DNA of 64,000 bases. It comes from an uncultured candidate division Zixibacteria bacterium. Lineage in GTDB: Bacteria > Zixibacteria > MSB-5A5 > GN15 > FEB-12. Each line of letters opens with the position of its first letter. Position 1 is the stretch's first letter. A program made the translations under genes and the position numbers. Shown one piece after another: positions 17,441 to 26,874 of the stretch. The stretch spans positions 416,019 to 480,018 of the forward strand of contig CAVTJJ010000003.1 of NCBI GenBank assembly GCA_963735035.1, written 5' to 3'. The notes beneath the pieces were generated by a model. That model did not search any database. It was not told the origin of the DNA and saw only the letters and a program-made list of their open reading frames with translations.

Positions 17441-17785
17441 TAATCGGCAGGGTTCCAACCCTGCCGAAACTCTGAAGACAAGAACGGCAGGCACAGAGGC
17501 CTGCCGATTAAATCTTGGGATCCCTGCCGAAACTCCGGAAGCAGGAACGGCAGGCACGGAGGCCACTAACCTGATCGGCAGGGTTCCACCCCTGCCGGAT
17601 TTCTTAGAGCAGGAACGGCAGGCACAGAGGCCTGCCGATCAAATCCAAGGGGAGCTATCGGCACAAAATGATCGGCCCCCAGTGTGATCGACCTAAAATG
17701 TGATCGGCCCCCAGTGTGATCGGCAGGGTTCCATCCCTGCCGGTTCTCCGGATTCAAGAACGGCAGGCACAGAGGCCTGCCGATC
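17441..17785. repeat. REP/BIME-like array of hairpin repeats, upstream flank of the RAYT gene
   Basis: Three CGGCAGGG-ttcca-CCCTGCCG hairpins. Three complete and one truncated CGGCAGGC-acagag-GCCTGCCG hairpins. Shared linkers (ATCAAATCTTGGGATCCCTGCCGAAACTCCGGAAGCAGGAA; GGAGCTATCGGCACAAAATGATCGG). Confidence 0.9.
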
Positions 17786-17838
17786 AAGAATCGCGATTCA
17801 CTGACACACCCTGTCAGTGGCCGGTGTCTCATTGCGAC

Positions 17839-18363
17839 ATGGCCAAACGACTCCGGCTCGATACGGACAACTCGACATATTTTCTAACCTTCGTCACGTG
17901 GAAGAGAATTCCTGTCTTCAGTCTCACGAAATTCGCCAACCTGGTAGTAGCCGCACTGAAGTTCTACTTGGAACGGAAGGACTTTGACCTTCACGGTTAT
18001 GCCATTATGCCTGACCACATTCATCTAATTCTGACGACGCACGGCGACGCTAAACCGGGTCGTATTGTAGGACGACTCAAGTCTTATCTTGCCCACGTGA
18101 TCGTATACGACCAATCATTTCGTGCTTGCGACGAGCTGAAATCGTTCAATACTTCACCAGATTGGCGCCTTTGGGTGCCGCGCTTCGACGAAACAACTAT
18201 CAGGAATCAGGAGATGGGAACACAATGCCTAAACTACATCCACCAAAATCCCGTCAAAGCTGGTCTGGTCTCAAACGTAAGTGACTTTCCCTATTCTTCT
18301 GCGTATTACTATGAGACTGGAGTTTTGAGACCTGGAGACTTGCAGATCACGCCTCTTTGTTGA
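17839..18363 (+). CDS. REP-associated tyrosine transposase (RAYT; IS200/IS605 TnpA-like HUH Y1 enzyme)
   Basis: 174 aa with HUH motif in YAIMPDHIHLILT and catalytic-Tyr helix CLNYIHQNPVKAGLV. Flanked on both sides by REP arrays. The ORF-table start at 17716 reads through repeats, so I use the ATG at 17839. Confidence 0.85.
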   Translation: MAKRLRLDTDNSTYFLTFVTWKRIPVFSLTKFANLVVAALKFYLERKDFDLHGYAIMPDHIHLILTTHGDAKPGRIVGRLKSYLAHVIVYDQSFRACDELKSFNTSPDWRLWVPRFDETTIRNQEMGTQCLNYIHQNPVKAGLVSNVSDFPYSSAYYYETGVLRPGDLQITPLC

Positions 18364-18377
18364 AACCAATCAGAGGA

Positions 18378-18812
18378 AAGAACGGCAGGCACGGAGGCCT
18401 GCCGATCAAATCCCAGGGAGCTATCGGCACAAAATGATCTAGCCCTATATGTGATCGGTCCAAAATGTGGTCGGCCCCACTTTGTAATCGGCAGGGTTCC
18501 ACCCCTGCCGGATTTCCGAAGACAAGAACGGCAGGCACGGAGGCCTGCCGATCAAATCTTGGGATCCCTGCCGAAACTCCGGAAGCAGGAACGGCAGGCA
18601 CAGAGGCCTGCCGATCAAATCTTGGGATCCCTGCCGAAACTCCGGAAGCAGGAACGGCAGGCACAGAGGCCACTAACCTGATCGGCAGGGTTCCACCCCT
18701 GCCGGATTTCTTAGAGCAGGAACGGCAGGCACAGAGGCCTGCCGATCAAATCTTGGGATCCCTGCCGAAACTCCGGAAGCAAGTAACGGCAGGCACGGAG
18801 GCCTGCCGATCA
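18378..18812. repeat. REP/BIME-like array, downstream flank of the RAYT gene
   Basis: Five complete and one truncated CGGCAGGC-ac(a/g)gag-GCCTGCCG hairpins and two CGGCAGGG-ttccac-CCCTGCCG hairpins. A 65-bp unit is repeated head-to-tail, in the same orientation as the upstream array. Confidence 0.9.
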
Positions 18813-18820
18813 AGAGAAGC

Positions 18821-21800
18821 TCACACCCTTCCCAGCACCGCGCGGAGATACGCCAGCCGTTCGCTCTCGGCGATCTGCGATAGATCCAAATCAATTCGCG
18901 GATCACCCACCAGCGAAAACTGCAGCGGCTTGTCAGTCGCCTTGCGGAAACTCTCCACCTCCTGGCGCGTCAGTTTCCGATTCTCGATAAAGAACAGATT
19001 CGCCATACCGGAACGCATCTTCACCCGCTCGATCTCCAGCACCGCCGCCGAAACTTTCACCGCGGTCGCCTCGAACAGGTTCACCGCCGACACGGGTGGG
19101 CGGCCGAAACGATCCATCACTTCTTCACGAATCTTCTCCACATCCTCGAGCGTCCGGCTTCCGGCCAAGCGGCGATAGATATCGACCTTGTGTTCGTTGT
19201 CATTGATGTAAGTATCCGGCAGATAAATCTCGATATCGCACTCCAGCCTCGTCTCCGGCAGTTTCTGCAGCTCGGCCCCCTGGAGTCGCGCGATTGCTTC
19301 CTCGAGCATCTTTTGATACAGATCGTATCCCAATTCTTCGATGAACCCGGACTGCCTCGCCCCCAGCAGCGTGCCTGCGCCTCTGATTTCGAGATCGCGC
19401 ATCGCCAGAGCGAATCCGGAGCCGAGGTCGGAGTGAGCTTCGAGCGCCCGCAATCGCTTGACCGCATCGCGGGTCATCAGCCGTGACTGCGGCGTCAGCA
19501 GATAGGCATAAGCGCGACGCGACGAACGCCCCACCCGTCCGCGCAACTGGTATAGCTGCGCCAGGCCGAACCGGTCGGCCCGGTTGATGATAATCGTATT
19601 GACATTGGTCATGTCGAGGCCGGACTCGATAATCGACGTGCACATGAGCACATCGAACCGCCCCTGCAGAAACGCCAGCATGATGCCTTCGAGCGAGCGC
19701 TCGTGCATCTGGCCGTGGGCGATGCCGATCTCGACTTGCGGGAGATGTTTCTTGATATAGCGGTGCATCGCCTCAATGGTCTGCACGCGGTTGTGCACAA
19801 AGAATACTTGTCCGCCACGGTCGATCTCGCGAAGTATCGCAGTTGCGATTACCGCCGGGTCGAATTCGACAATTTCGGTGCTGATCGGAAGACGGTCTTT
19901 TGGCGATGTCGTAATCAGGCTCATGTCGCGAACGCCGATGAGCGACATCTGAAGCGTCCGTGGAATCGGGGTGGCAGTCAACACCAGCGTGTCGACAGAG
20001 GCCCTCAACTGACGTAGTTTCTCTTTGTGTTTGACACCGAAGCGATGTTCTTCATCGATGACCAGCAGACCCAGATCACTGAATTCGACATCGCTCGACA
20101 GCAGGCGATGCGTCCCGATGACCAGATCAAGCTTCCCCGCCGCCAGCTCCTCGACCGTTTCCTTCTGCTGTTGTCGGGTACGGAAGCGAGACAAGAGCCC
20201 GATCTTCACGGGGAAATCGGCGAGCCGGTCGGAAAACGTCGCGAAATGCTGCTGTGCAAGAATTGTAGTCGGCACCAGCACCGCGACCTGTTTGCCGGCG
20301 TCGATAGCCTTGAATGCCGCGCGCACTGCTACTTCAGTCTTGCCGTAGCCGACATCGCCACACACCAGACGATCCATCGATTTCTCTTCGGCCATGTCCT
20401 TTTTGACTTCGACAATCGCCCGTGCCTGATCAGGCGTCTCCTCAAACGGGAATGATGCCTCAAGTTGTTTGAGCCAGACCGAATCAGGTCCGAATGAGAA
20501 TCCTTTCTGTGATTTGCGCGCGGCGTAGAGCTTGATGAGGTCCTCGGCCATCGTCTCGATAGCCTTCTCGGACCGTTTCTTGATCTTCTCCCATCCGGGA
20601 CCGCCCAGCTGCGTTAGCTGCGGCGCGCCGTCTTTACCGGAGTACTTGGAGACGCGGTTAAATTCTTCAATGGGGACATACAGCCGGTCTCGACCGGCGT
20701 ATCCAAGCAGAAGACAGTCGCGATTGCGGTTGTCTACGGTGAGCGTTTGAAGGCCGAGGTATTTCGCAATCCCGAACTCGGTGTGTACGACGTAGTCGCC
20801 GACTTCCAGGGCGGTATAGTCGGAAATCGCCACGCCCTCTTTGAATTTCTTGCGGCGAAGACGACGATGGTGGCGGCCGAAGATTTCGTGATCGGTCAGA
20901 ATCGCCACACCGGCGTCGTGGCAGACGAAGCCGCCATTGAAGAAAGCCACTTCGACTTTGGGCTGAAAGCCGAGCTCTCCCTTCTCGACGATGAGTTCCT
21001 TAAGTCGCTCCGCCTGGGCATCAGTGTCGACTGCGATGAGATAGCTCAGACCACTTCGTTCATATCCCCTGATTTCCTGGGCCAGCAAGTCTAGACGAGA
21101 ACCCAGCGCCGGATGAGGCGAGCAGCCGAACGCGATCGTGTCGGCCTTCCCTCCCTTGAAGGGGACTCGATCTATCTGGGTGTAGTTTGCCAGTCGTTCA
21201 AAGAGCTTGTCCGGAACGAAGTAATACTCTTCGGGTTTCGGCAGCGATTGCAGACGACTCTTCAGACGCTCCCGCAACCCGACAGCTTCGGCCATGATGT
21301 CTTCGGCGGCCATTTGGAGCGAACCCTGTCCGCAGGTGTAGATAAGAGCGTTGTCGGGGATAAAATCCAGCAGACAACCCTGTGGCACGCCGAACAACAC
21401 TGAGAGCCATTCCAATCCGGGGAGTTCGGGATCGTTGAGATACCGGGTACGGACATAATCGGCGTCGTCCTCGGGCATTCCTTCGAGATATTTTTCCAGC
21501 GTTTCCTGAGTAATTGGGATTTCACGACGCGGGAGCACCTGGACATGTTCGAGGCGTCCGGTGGTGCGCTGGTTGCCGACATCGAACTGACGAATAGTGT
21601 CGATGTCAGTGCCGAAGAATTCGACTCGAACCGGGGCGTCGGATCCGGGCGTAAAAAAATCAATGAGGCCGCCACGCTGGGCAAAATCACCCACTTCTTC
21701 GACCAGCGCCACTCGTCGGAAACCTAACCTCACGAGTCGACGCACCAGTTCATCAGGATCGGTCTCAGCGCCAACGTGCAAATCGATCCGGCCAGCGTGG

Positions 21801-22252
21801 AGGGCGTCGACCGGGATCGTCGGTTCCATAAGGGCCCGAGTCGGGCAGACGGTTACCGCGATACGCCCGTCGGATATTCCGGCCAGGGTGGAAATACGCC
21901 GCCCCATAATTTCGCCCACCGGGGCTCTGAAATCATACGGTAGGATCTGGCGCGCGGGATAATGACCGACCCGATCGTCGCCCATCAGGAAGCGAAGGTC
22001 ATCGTAGATATCCCCCGCTTCGTCCGGTCGGTCGGTGATAACCAGAATCGGGCGGGCGAATTCTTCATTCAGCGCTTGCAACAGAAAGGCTTCAGCCGAG
22101 CCGGCCATGCCGGAGACACTGACGGTCTTGCGGTCAGCCGTTCGAACAGCCGAGGCCAGTTCGGTAAACGCCGCAGAATGTCGCCATAGGCGGAGAATCT
22201 TGTCCAGGGTGCGCTCGGCGGCCGGGGTCGCCGTGTCCGGCTTCTCGTTCAT
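18821..22252 (-). CDS. mfd: transcription-repair coupling factor
   Basis: About 1140 aa. Helicase motifs ([30 protein letters not shown]), an RNAP-interaction/CarD-like region ([15 protein letters not shown]) and a TRCF C-terminal domain. Start trimmed to MNEKPD. Confidence 0.95.
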   Translation of the reverse strand: MNEKPDTATPAAERTLDKILRLWRHSAAFTELASAVRTADRKTVSVSGMAGSAEAFLLQALNEEFARPILVITDRPDEAGDIYDDLRFLMGDDRVGHYPARQILPYDFRAPVGEIMGRRISTLAGISDGRIAVTVCPTRALMEPTIPVDALHAGRIDLHVGAETDPDELVRRLVRLGFRRVALVEEVGDFAQRGGLIDFFTPGSDAPVRVEFFGTDIDTIRQFDVGNQRTTGRLEHVQVLPRREIPITQETLEKYLEGMPEDDADYVRTRYLNDPELPGLEWLSVLFGVPQGCLLDFIPDNALIYTCGQGSLQMAAEDIMAEAVGLRERLKSRLQSLPKPEEYYFVPDKLFERLANYTQIDRVPFKGGKADTIAFGCSPHPALGSRLDLLAQEIRGYERSGLSYLIAVDTDAQAERLKELIVEKGELGFQPKVEVAFFNGGFVCHDAGVAILTDHEIFGRHHRRLRRKKFKEGVAISDYTALEVGDYVVHTEFGIAKYLGLQTLTVDNRNRDCLLLGYAGRDRLYVPIEEFNRVSKYSGKDGAPQLTQLGGPGWEKIKKRSEKAIETMAEDLIKLYAARKSQKGFSFGPDSVWLKQLEASFPFEETPDQARAIVEVKKDMAEEKSMDRLVCGDVGYGKTEVAVRAAFKAIDAGKQVAVLVPTTILAQQHFATFSDRLADFPVKIGLLSRFRTRQQQKETVEELAAGKLDLVIGTHRLLSSDVEFSDLGLLVIDEEHRFGVKHKEKLRQLRASVDTLVLTATPIPRTLQMSLIGVRDMSLITTSPKDRLPISTEIVEFDPAVIATAILREIDRGGQVFFVHNRVQTIEAMHRYIKKHLPQVEIGIAHGQMHERSLEGIMLAFLQGRFDVLMCTSIIESGLDMTNVNTIIINRADRFGLAQLYQLRGRVGRSSRRAYAYLLTPQSRLMTRDAVKRLRALEAHSDLGSGFALAMRDLEIRGAGTLLGARQSGFIEELGYDLYQKMLEEAIARLQGAELQKLPETRLECDIEIYLPDTYINDNEHKVDIYRRLAGSRTLEDVEKIREEVMDRFGRPPVSAVNLFEATAVKVSAAVLEIERVKMRSGMANLFFIENRKLTRQEVESFRKATDKPLQFSLVGDPRIDLDLSQIAESERLAYLRAVLGRV

Positions 22253-22366
22253 AGATCGTCTTTGCTCTAACGCCAAAACCCCGGATCCACTTGGACCGGG
22301 GTGTGGTCGAGTTATTCTTGGGGGGAATATACGAGCTTTGAAGCGGGGCGCCAACGATTAAGGCGT

Positions 22367-23221
22367 CTATAAACTGGGCGCCAGGTCCTGGCCTACTTCT
22401 ATCTGGTCGTACATCTTTTCACGTTCCAGATACAGGACAATAAGCGAAATTCGCCGATTACGAGGGTCCTGAGGCTGGCTTACTATCATGGGGAATTGAT
22501 CGGCGTAGCCGCGAACTTCCCGTACCTGATTGGCATAGAGCCCGGAGACTTCCATGAGCTGGCGGGCGGCGTTGGCCCGGTCGGCGGACAACTCCCAGTT
22601 CGAATATTCGCCATCGTTGGAGCCGCTACGGTCGGTATGTCCTTCGATTACCATTCGATTTTGGAGTTTGCCAAGTTCGCGGGCAATCGTGACCAGAATG
22701 ATAGCACTCTTCTGGAGCAGCTTGGCCGAACCAGGTTCGAAGAAGGCCGGGGAGTTTTCCGATTCGTTCAGGATGATCCGAAGGCCTTCGGAGGTCATCT
22801 GCAGCTTGATGTTCTGCTTGAGGCGGTCGAACTCTTTTTGCTTTTCCAATTCTTGCAGAATCTCTTTCGCAACCAGGGCTAGCTTCTCGGCGTCATCCTT
22901 GGCTCCAGAGGCTTCTTTTTCCTGGGGGGCCTTAACAATGCTTGACGGATCATTCTTGGATGGGATCATGGCGTCTGAGCCTTTGAGCGCGCCCGACTTG
23001 CCCATTTGCTGGTATTTGCCTGGATCGCGGAAATAACTGGACACGGCTTGCTTGACCTTGTCCGACTGACCGACCAGCCACATCACCAGGAAGAACGCCA
23101 TCATCGCGGTCATGAAATCCGCAAAGGCGACTTTCCAGGAGCCGCCGTGATGACCGGCTCCGTGTCCACCACCCTTCTTTCTTCTGATGATGATCGGAGT
23201 ATTTTCGGAACCTTCGGCCAC
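22367..23221 (-). CDS. motB: MotB-type stator protein (OmpA-like peptidoglycan-binding C-terminus)
   Basis: N-terminus ..GGSWKVAFADFMTAMMAFFLVMWLV (plug/TM with conserved Asp) and a C-terminal OmpA-like region (..IEGHTDRSGS..SNWELSADRANAARQ..). Confidence 0.85.
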   Translation of the reverse strand: MAEGSENTPIIIRRKKGGGHGAGHHGGSWKVAFADFMTAMMAFFLVMWLVGQSDKVKQAVSSYFRDPGKYQQMGKSGALKGSDAMIPSKNDPSSIVKAPQEKEASGAKDDAEKLALVAKEILQELEKQKEFDRLKQNIKLQMTSEGLRIILNESENSPAFFEPGSAKLLQKSAIILVTIARELGKLQNRMVIEGHTDRSGSNDGEYSNWELSADRANAARQLMEVSGLYANQVREVRGYADQFPMIVSQPQDPRNRRISLIVLYLEREKMYDQIEVGQDLAPSL

Positions 23222-23225
23222 GAGA

Positions 23226-24086
23226 CTACCTCTTCTTGGACTCGTTGCAGGCAGTCTCTAATTCGAGGAATCCGGGGCGTATGTCGGCGAACAAAGACCG
23301 ACGCGCAAACTCTACAGCAATCACGCCGGCCACACCTTTGTGGAAGGACAGTAGAGCGTGTTTCATCAGGCCGAGATACTGGCTGTTCTCGTCGACCCGC
23401 GCCCTGAGACTGTTCGAGAGCGGCCCGACAAATCCGTAGCAGGCCAGCACACCTATGAATGTTCCTACCAGAGCGGCGGCGACGTTGCGGCCGATGATTT
23501 CCGGGCCACCATCGAGTTCGGACATAGTAACCACGATACCCAGCACGGCGGCGACAATGCCGAGGCCGGGAAGTGAATCGGCGATAGTCGCCAGAGCGGA
23601 CGGGCCGCGCAATTCGTCGTTATGCGTGATTTCGAGATCCGAATCCATCAGATCTTCCAGATCGTGAGGTTGCACCGAACCGGAAATAATTACCCTCATC
23701 GTGTCGCAGAAGAAGTCAACCGCGTGATGGTTGGCGAGAAATTTTGGGTACCGCTTGAAAATATCGCTCTCCTGGGGATGTTCGATATGGTTTTCGAGAC
23801 CGACCAGACCGTCACGACGGGCCACGTTAAAGATTTCGTACATCATGACCAGGAGATCGAGGTAATCTTTCTTCGTGAAGCTTGGGCCCTTGAAAACGCC
23901 GAGAAGTTGAGACACGAGCGACTTCAACACAGCGAGCGGCGTGGCAATAATCAGCGACCCGAGTGCAGCGCCGCCGATGATAATGAACTCGTTGGGCTGG
24001 TTGAGGGCCAGAACTTTGCCACCGTGCATCATAAACCCGGTTATCACGCACCCTATTACAACCGCTGCCCCAACAAGAAAAAGCAT
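23226..24086 (-). CDS. motA: MotA-type stator proton-channel protein
   Basis: 286 aa, MotA/TolQ/ExbB family. Size and the sequence ..LPGLGIVAAVLGIVVTM..ALVGTFIGVLACYGFVGP.. match flagellar MotA. Confidence 0.88.
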   Translation of the reverse strand: MLFLVGAAVVIGCVITGFMMHGGKVLALNQPNEFIIIGGAALGSLIIATPLAVLKSLVSQLLGVFKGPSFTKKDYLDLLVMMYEIFNVARRDGLVGLENHIEHPQESDIFKRYPKFLANHHAVDFFCDTMRVIISGSVQPHDLEDLMDSDLEITHNDELRGPSALATIADSLPGLGIVAAVLGIVVTMSELDGGPEIIGRNVAAALVGTFIGVLACYGFVGPLSNSLRARVDENSQYLGLMKHALLSFHKGVAGVIAVEFARRSLFADIRPGFLELETACNESKKR

Positions 24087-24309
24087 AAGTCCGTTTCTCT
24101 CTGTCTTGCGAACTTCGCGAACCTACTCGGTATCACTTTGATTTTCGGCGAGTTAGCGAAAATCTGTAGCATGGGCCGGTTTTCAAGTGCCCGATACTGC
24201 AGATACCACTTTAGCCGGTTCGAAAAACTTTGTCTTTTCCGCCATTCCGAAGTACTATTGATATGATCCAAGACGGGGCATCTGAACGACTTGCAGCGAT
24301 GAGGCAGAA

Positions 24310-25668
24310 TTGCGACTACTAACCGAAAAGCGCGTCTTAATCCTGTTGGCGACAATTATGGCCCTAGCTGCCAATTCTCTGGTATTTGGCTCCACGACCG
24401 AAATGACGGGCGGGGCGGGGTCCCCCCAGGGAGGGCCGGTCATGCAGGTTTTGCTGGGGCTGATTGTAATCCTGCTGGCCGCCAAACTCGGAGGGGATCT
24501 TTTCGAGCGCATAAAACAACCGGCGGTGCTGGGCGAATTAGTCTTCGGTATAGTGATCGGCAACCTGAACTTACTGGGTTTCGACGCACTGGAAGGATTC
24601 AAGCAGAACGTTACACTCGAAATTCTCGCCCAAATCGGCGTGATAATACTGCTCTTCCAGGTCGGGCTGGAAACTACCGTGAAAGAGATGATGAAAGTCG
24701 GCCTGGCATCGTTCCTGGTGGCAACTTTTGGTGTCGTGGCGCCGTTTTTCCTCGGCTGGGGTGTCGGAGTGCTGTTCCTTCCGGACGCCAGCCCGCTGGT
24801 TCATGTCTTTATCGGGGCTACACTTACGGCGACCTCGGTCGGCATCACCGCCCGCGTTTTGAAAGACATCGGGAAGATCGACACGAAGGAGGCCCGAATT
24901 ATTCTCGGGGCGGCTGTCATCGACGACATCCTCGGTCTCGTCATTCTGGCGGTTGTCTCGGGCATTATAACCGCGGCCGGATCGGGATCTGCGGGAGGAA
25001 TCGGGATAGGACAGGTGGTCTGGATTATCGCAAAAGCGCTGTTGTTCATTGTGGGCGCGATCGTGATCGGGTCAGTGGTCCTGCCGCGCTATTTCAAGTT
25101 TGGTTTCCGCCTTCGCGGCAAGGGTGTATTCCTTTCGTTTTGCTTACTGATTTGTTTTCTGCTGTCTTACATCGCCGGAGAAGTCGGATTGGCGCCAATC
25201 GTGGGGGCGTTTGCTGCCGGATTAATTCTCGAAGAAATTCAGTATCAGGATTTCCGACAGGCCGGCGAGCATCGTATACAAGAGTTGGTCGAGCCAATCG
25301 GGACATTTCTTGTGCCGATCTTCTTTGTGTCAATGGGCATGTCGGTGGACTTAAGAACGTTTGCCAATGTCCAGATTCTCGGTTTTGCGACAGTCTTGAC
25401 CGTAGCGGCTATTGTGAGCAAACAGGTCTGCGGACTCGCGATTTTCCAGCGCGGCGTTGACCGGCTTTCAATCGGCCTGGGAATGATCCCACGGGGCGAA
25501 GTAGGGTTAATTTTCGCGGGAATCGGGGCCCGGCTTATGATCGACGGTGAACCGGTGGTTTCGGGCGGCACGTATTCGGCGGTGGTCATCATGGTGATCG
25601 TGACGACTCTGGTGACACCGCCGCTGCTCAAATTTTCGATGTTGAGGCTGGATCACCGTGGCGAATAA
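24310..25668 (+). CDS. cation:proton antiporter (CPA2 / Kef-NapA type)
   Basis: Polytopic protein with ..LAAKLGGDLFERIKQPAVLGELVFGIVIG.. and ..MIPRGEVGLIFA... Start uncertain: TTG at 24310 in the ORF table, or ATG at 24442 (MQVLLG) as a plausible alternative. Confidence 0.85.
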   Translation: MRLLTEKRVLILLATIMALAANSLVFGSTTEMTGGAGSPQGGPVMQVLLGLIVILLAAKLGGDLFERIKQPAVLGELVFGIVIGNLNLLGFDALEGFKQNVTLEILAQIGVIILLFQVGLETTVKEMMKVGLASFLVATFGVVAPFFLGWGVGVLFLPDASPLVHVFIGATLTATSVGITARVLKDIGKIDTKEARIILGAAVIDDILGLVILAVVSGIITAAGSGSAGGIGIGQVVWIIAKALLFIVGAIVIGSVVLPRYFKFGFRLRGKGVFLSFCLLICFLLSYIAGEVGLAPIVGAFAAGLILEEIQYQDFRQAGEHRIQELVEPIGTFLVPIFFVSMGMSVDLRTFANVQILGFATVLTVAAIVSKQVCGLAIFQRGVDRLSIGLGMIPRGEVGLIFAGIGARLMIDGEPVVSGGTYSAVVIMVIVTTLVTPPLLKFSMLRLDHRGE

Positions 25669-25685
25669 ATACTCCGACTCCAGTT

Positions 25686-25789
25686 CAAAAGGAATCTGCG
25701 GAAAGACTTGACACGGCCAAAGCCCGGGGTATCTGGACGATCTAATTGCGTGGTGGAGTCCGCCGCGGCGGAGTAGCTCGACGGGCTCA
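25686..25789 (+). repeat. pseudo-copy 1 of the tRNA-fMet promoter plus 5' half
   Basis: CAAAAGGAATCTGCGGAAAGACTTGACAcggccaaagcccggggTATCTG...TGCGTGGTGGAG-TCCGCCGCGGCGGA-GTAGCTCGACGGGCTCAT aligns with the region 26416-26513 of the real gene. The D-loop is replaced by a 14-nt palindrome. Confidence 0.85.
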
Positions 25790-25837
25790 TGGTCATTAGG
25801 CGTCGGAAGTCAGTTTCAGAATTAAAGAAACGAGGGC

Positions 25838-26104
25838 ATGTTGGGATTCGTCGTATATGTCATCAGATCCAAGAGTGGGAAACAGTACATCGGTCATACC
25901 TCCGATCTGGATCGAAGACTTGTCGAGCATAACACAGGTCTATGCAAGACCACGAAAGTGGATACCGGATGGATCGTGGTGTATCAAGAGGCTTGTTCGA
26001 ATCGCGGTGAAGCACTCAAACGAGAACGCTGGCTCAAGACCGGAGTCGGTCGTGAGTATCTGAAGAAGCAAATCAAAGCATCTTCGGGAACAGATTCGCA
26101 TTGA
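25838..26104 (+). CDS. small GIY-YIG (URI-domain) nuclease-family protein
   Basis: 88 aa with FVVYVIRSKSGKQYIGHTSDLDRRLVEHN..GEALKRERWLK (GIY, YIG, Arg and Glu motifs). It lies between pseudo-copy 1 and pseudo-copy 2, and its stop abuts the next unit. Confidence 0.85.
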   Translation: MLGFVVYVIRSKSGKQYIGHTSDLDRRLVEHNTGLCKTTKVDTGWIVVYQEACSNRGEALKRERWLKTGVGREYLKKQIKASSGTDSH

Positions 26105-26415
26105 ACTGGAATCTGCGGAAAGACCTAACTCAGCCGTTGCACGGATATTTTGGACGATCTAATCGCGGGGTGGAGTCCGCCGCGGCGGAGTAGCTCGACG
26201 GGCTTCACAAAAGGAATCTGCGGAAAGAAGTAACTCGGCCGACGCACGGATATCTTGGACGAACTAATCGCGGGGTGGCGTCCGCCGCGGCGGAGTAGCC
26301 CGTCGGGCTCAAAAGGAATCTGCGGAAAGACTTGACACGGCCAAAGACCAGGCTATATCGGGCCCCCTGATTGCGGTGTGGAGTCCGCCGCAGCGGAGTA
26401 GCTCGACGGGCTTCA
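26104..26415 (+). repeat. pseudo-copies 2-4 of the tRNA-fMet promoter plus 5' half (three head-to-tail units of about 104 bp)
   Basis: Units at 26104-26207, 26208-26311 and 26312-26415. Each has GGAATCTGCGGAAAGA, a promoter-like segment, then CGCGGGGTGGAG-TCCGCCGC(G/A)GCGGA-GTAGC(T/C)CG(A/T)CGGGCT(T)CA. Confidence 0.85.
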
Positions 26416-26437
26416 CAAAAGGAATCTGCAGAAAGAC

Positions 26438-26465
26438 TTGACACGGCCAAAGCCTCCGGTATATT
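26438..26465 (+). promoter_or_regulatory. sigma70-type promoter of the initiator tRNA gene
   Basis: TTGACA (26438-26443), 16-nt spacer, TATATT (26460-26465). The tRNA 5' end lies 13 nt downstream of the -10 box. Confidence 0.6.
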
Positions 26466-26477
26466 GGGCTCCCTGAT

Positions 26478-26554
<77 letters not shown>

Positions 26555-26559
26555 ATTTC

Positions 26560-26598
26560 AAACCTCTGAGGGATAACAACTTCGGAGGTTTCATTTTT
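26560..26598 (+). terminator. rho-independent terminator after the tRNA
   Basis: Stem AAACCTCTGAG / TTCGGAGGTTT with a 10-nt loop, followed by CATTTTTCT. Confidence 0.6.
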
Positions 26599-26874
26599 CT
26601 GCCAAATCCACAACAAAAATACAGAAGTCCACACATTACTCTCGTAGGTGTTTCACCCGCGTTGTCAACCCTCATAGGCGTGTAGGTAACCCCGACAGGT
26701 CGGACGTCAAGCAGAATCAAATCCGGCAGAAATCGGCTATCTGGATCGACAACTGATTTCTGCTCCATAAGCTAAATCAGCGCCTGATCTCCATCGGACG
26801 GATGGGTAGCCCTATTTACCGGTGATTGTTGCCGAAAGCAACTCCTGATAAGATCCGCTTGATCCGGGTTATCT

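Noticed and set aside
17441-18812. Regularly spaced hairpin repeats that could be mistaken for a CRISPR array.
   Set aside because: - The units abut each other with conserved linkers and no unique spacers.
- There are two different hairpin types.
- There are no cas genes.
- A RAYT gene sits in the middle.
Together these are the classic REP/BIME signature.
17716-19178. ORF-table proteins reading through the repeat arrays: 17716 start of the RAYT ORF, 18347..18673 (-), 18451..18681 (+), 18465..19178 (+), 18673..18906 (-), 17566..17832 (-).
   Set aside because: - Their sequences are periodic translations of the REP units (..QERQAQRPADQILGSLPKLRK.., ..ASVPAVPASGVSAGIPRFDRQ..).
- Some also run antisense into mfd.
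- There is no independent coding evidence.
22367-24086. motAB as the ZorAB core of a Zorya-type defence system.
   Set aside because: - MotA is 286 aa, with no long C-terminal tail as in ZorA.
- No ZorC/D/E-like genes are adjacent.
- Sizes and motifs fit ordinary flagellar stators.
26726-26763. Hairpin GCAGAAATC..(20 nt)..GATTTCTGC downstream of the kinase gene as a terminator or att site next to the tRNA.
   Set aside because: - It has a large loop and no clear T-tract on the relevant strand.
- There is no matching direct repeat of the tRNA 3' end and no integrase nearby.
The support is too weak to call.
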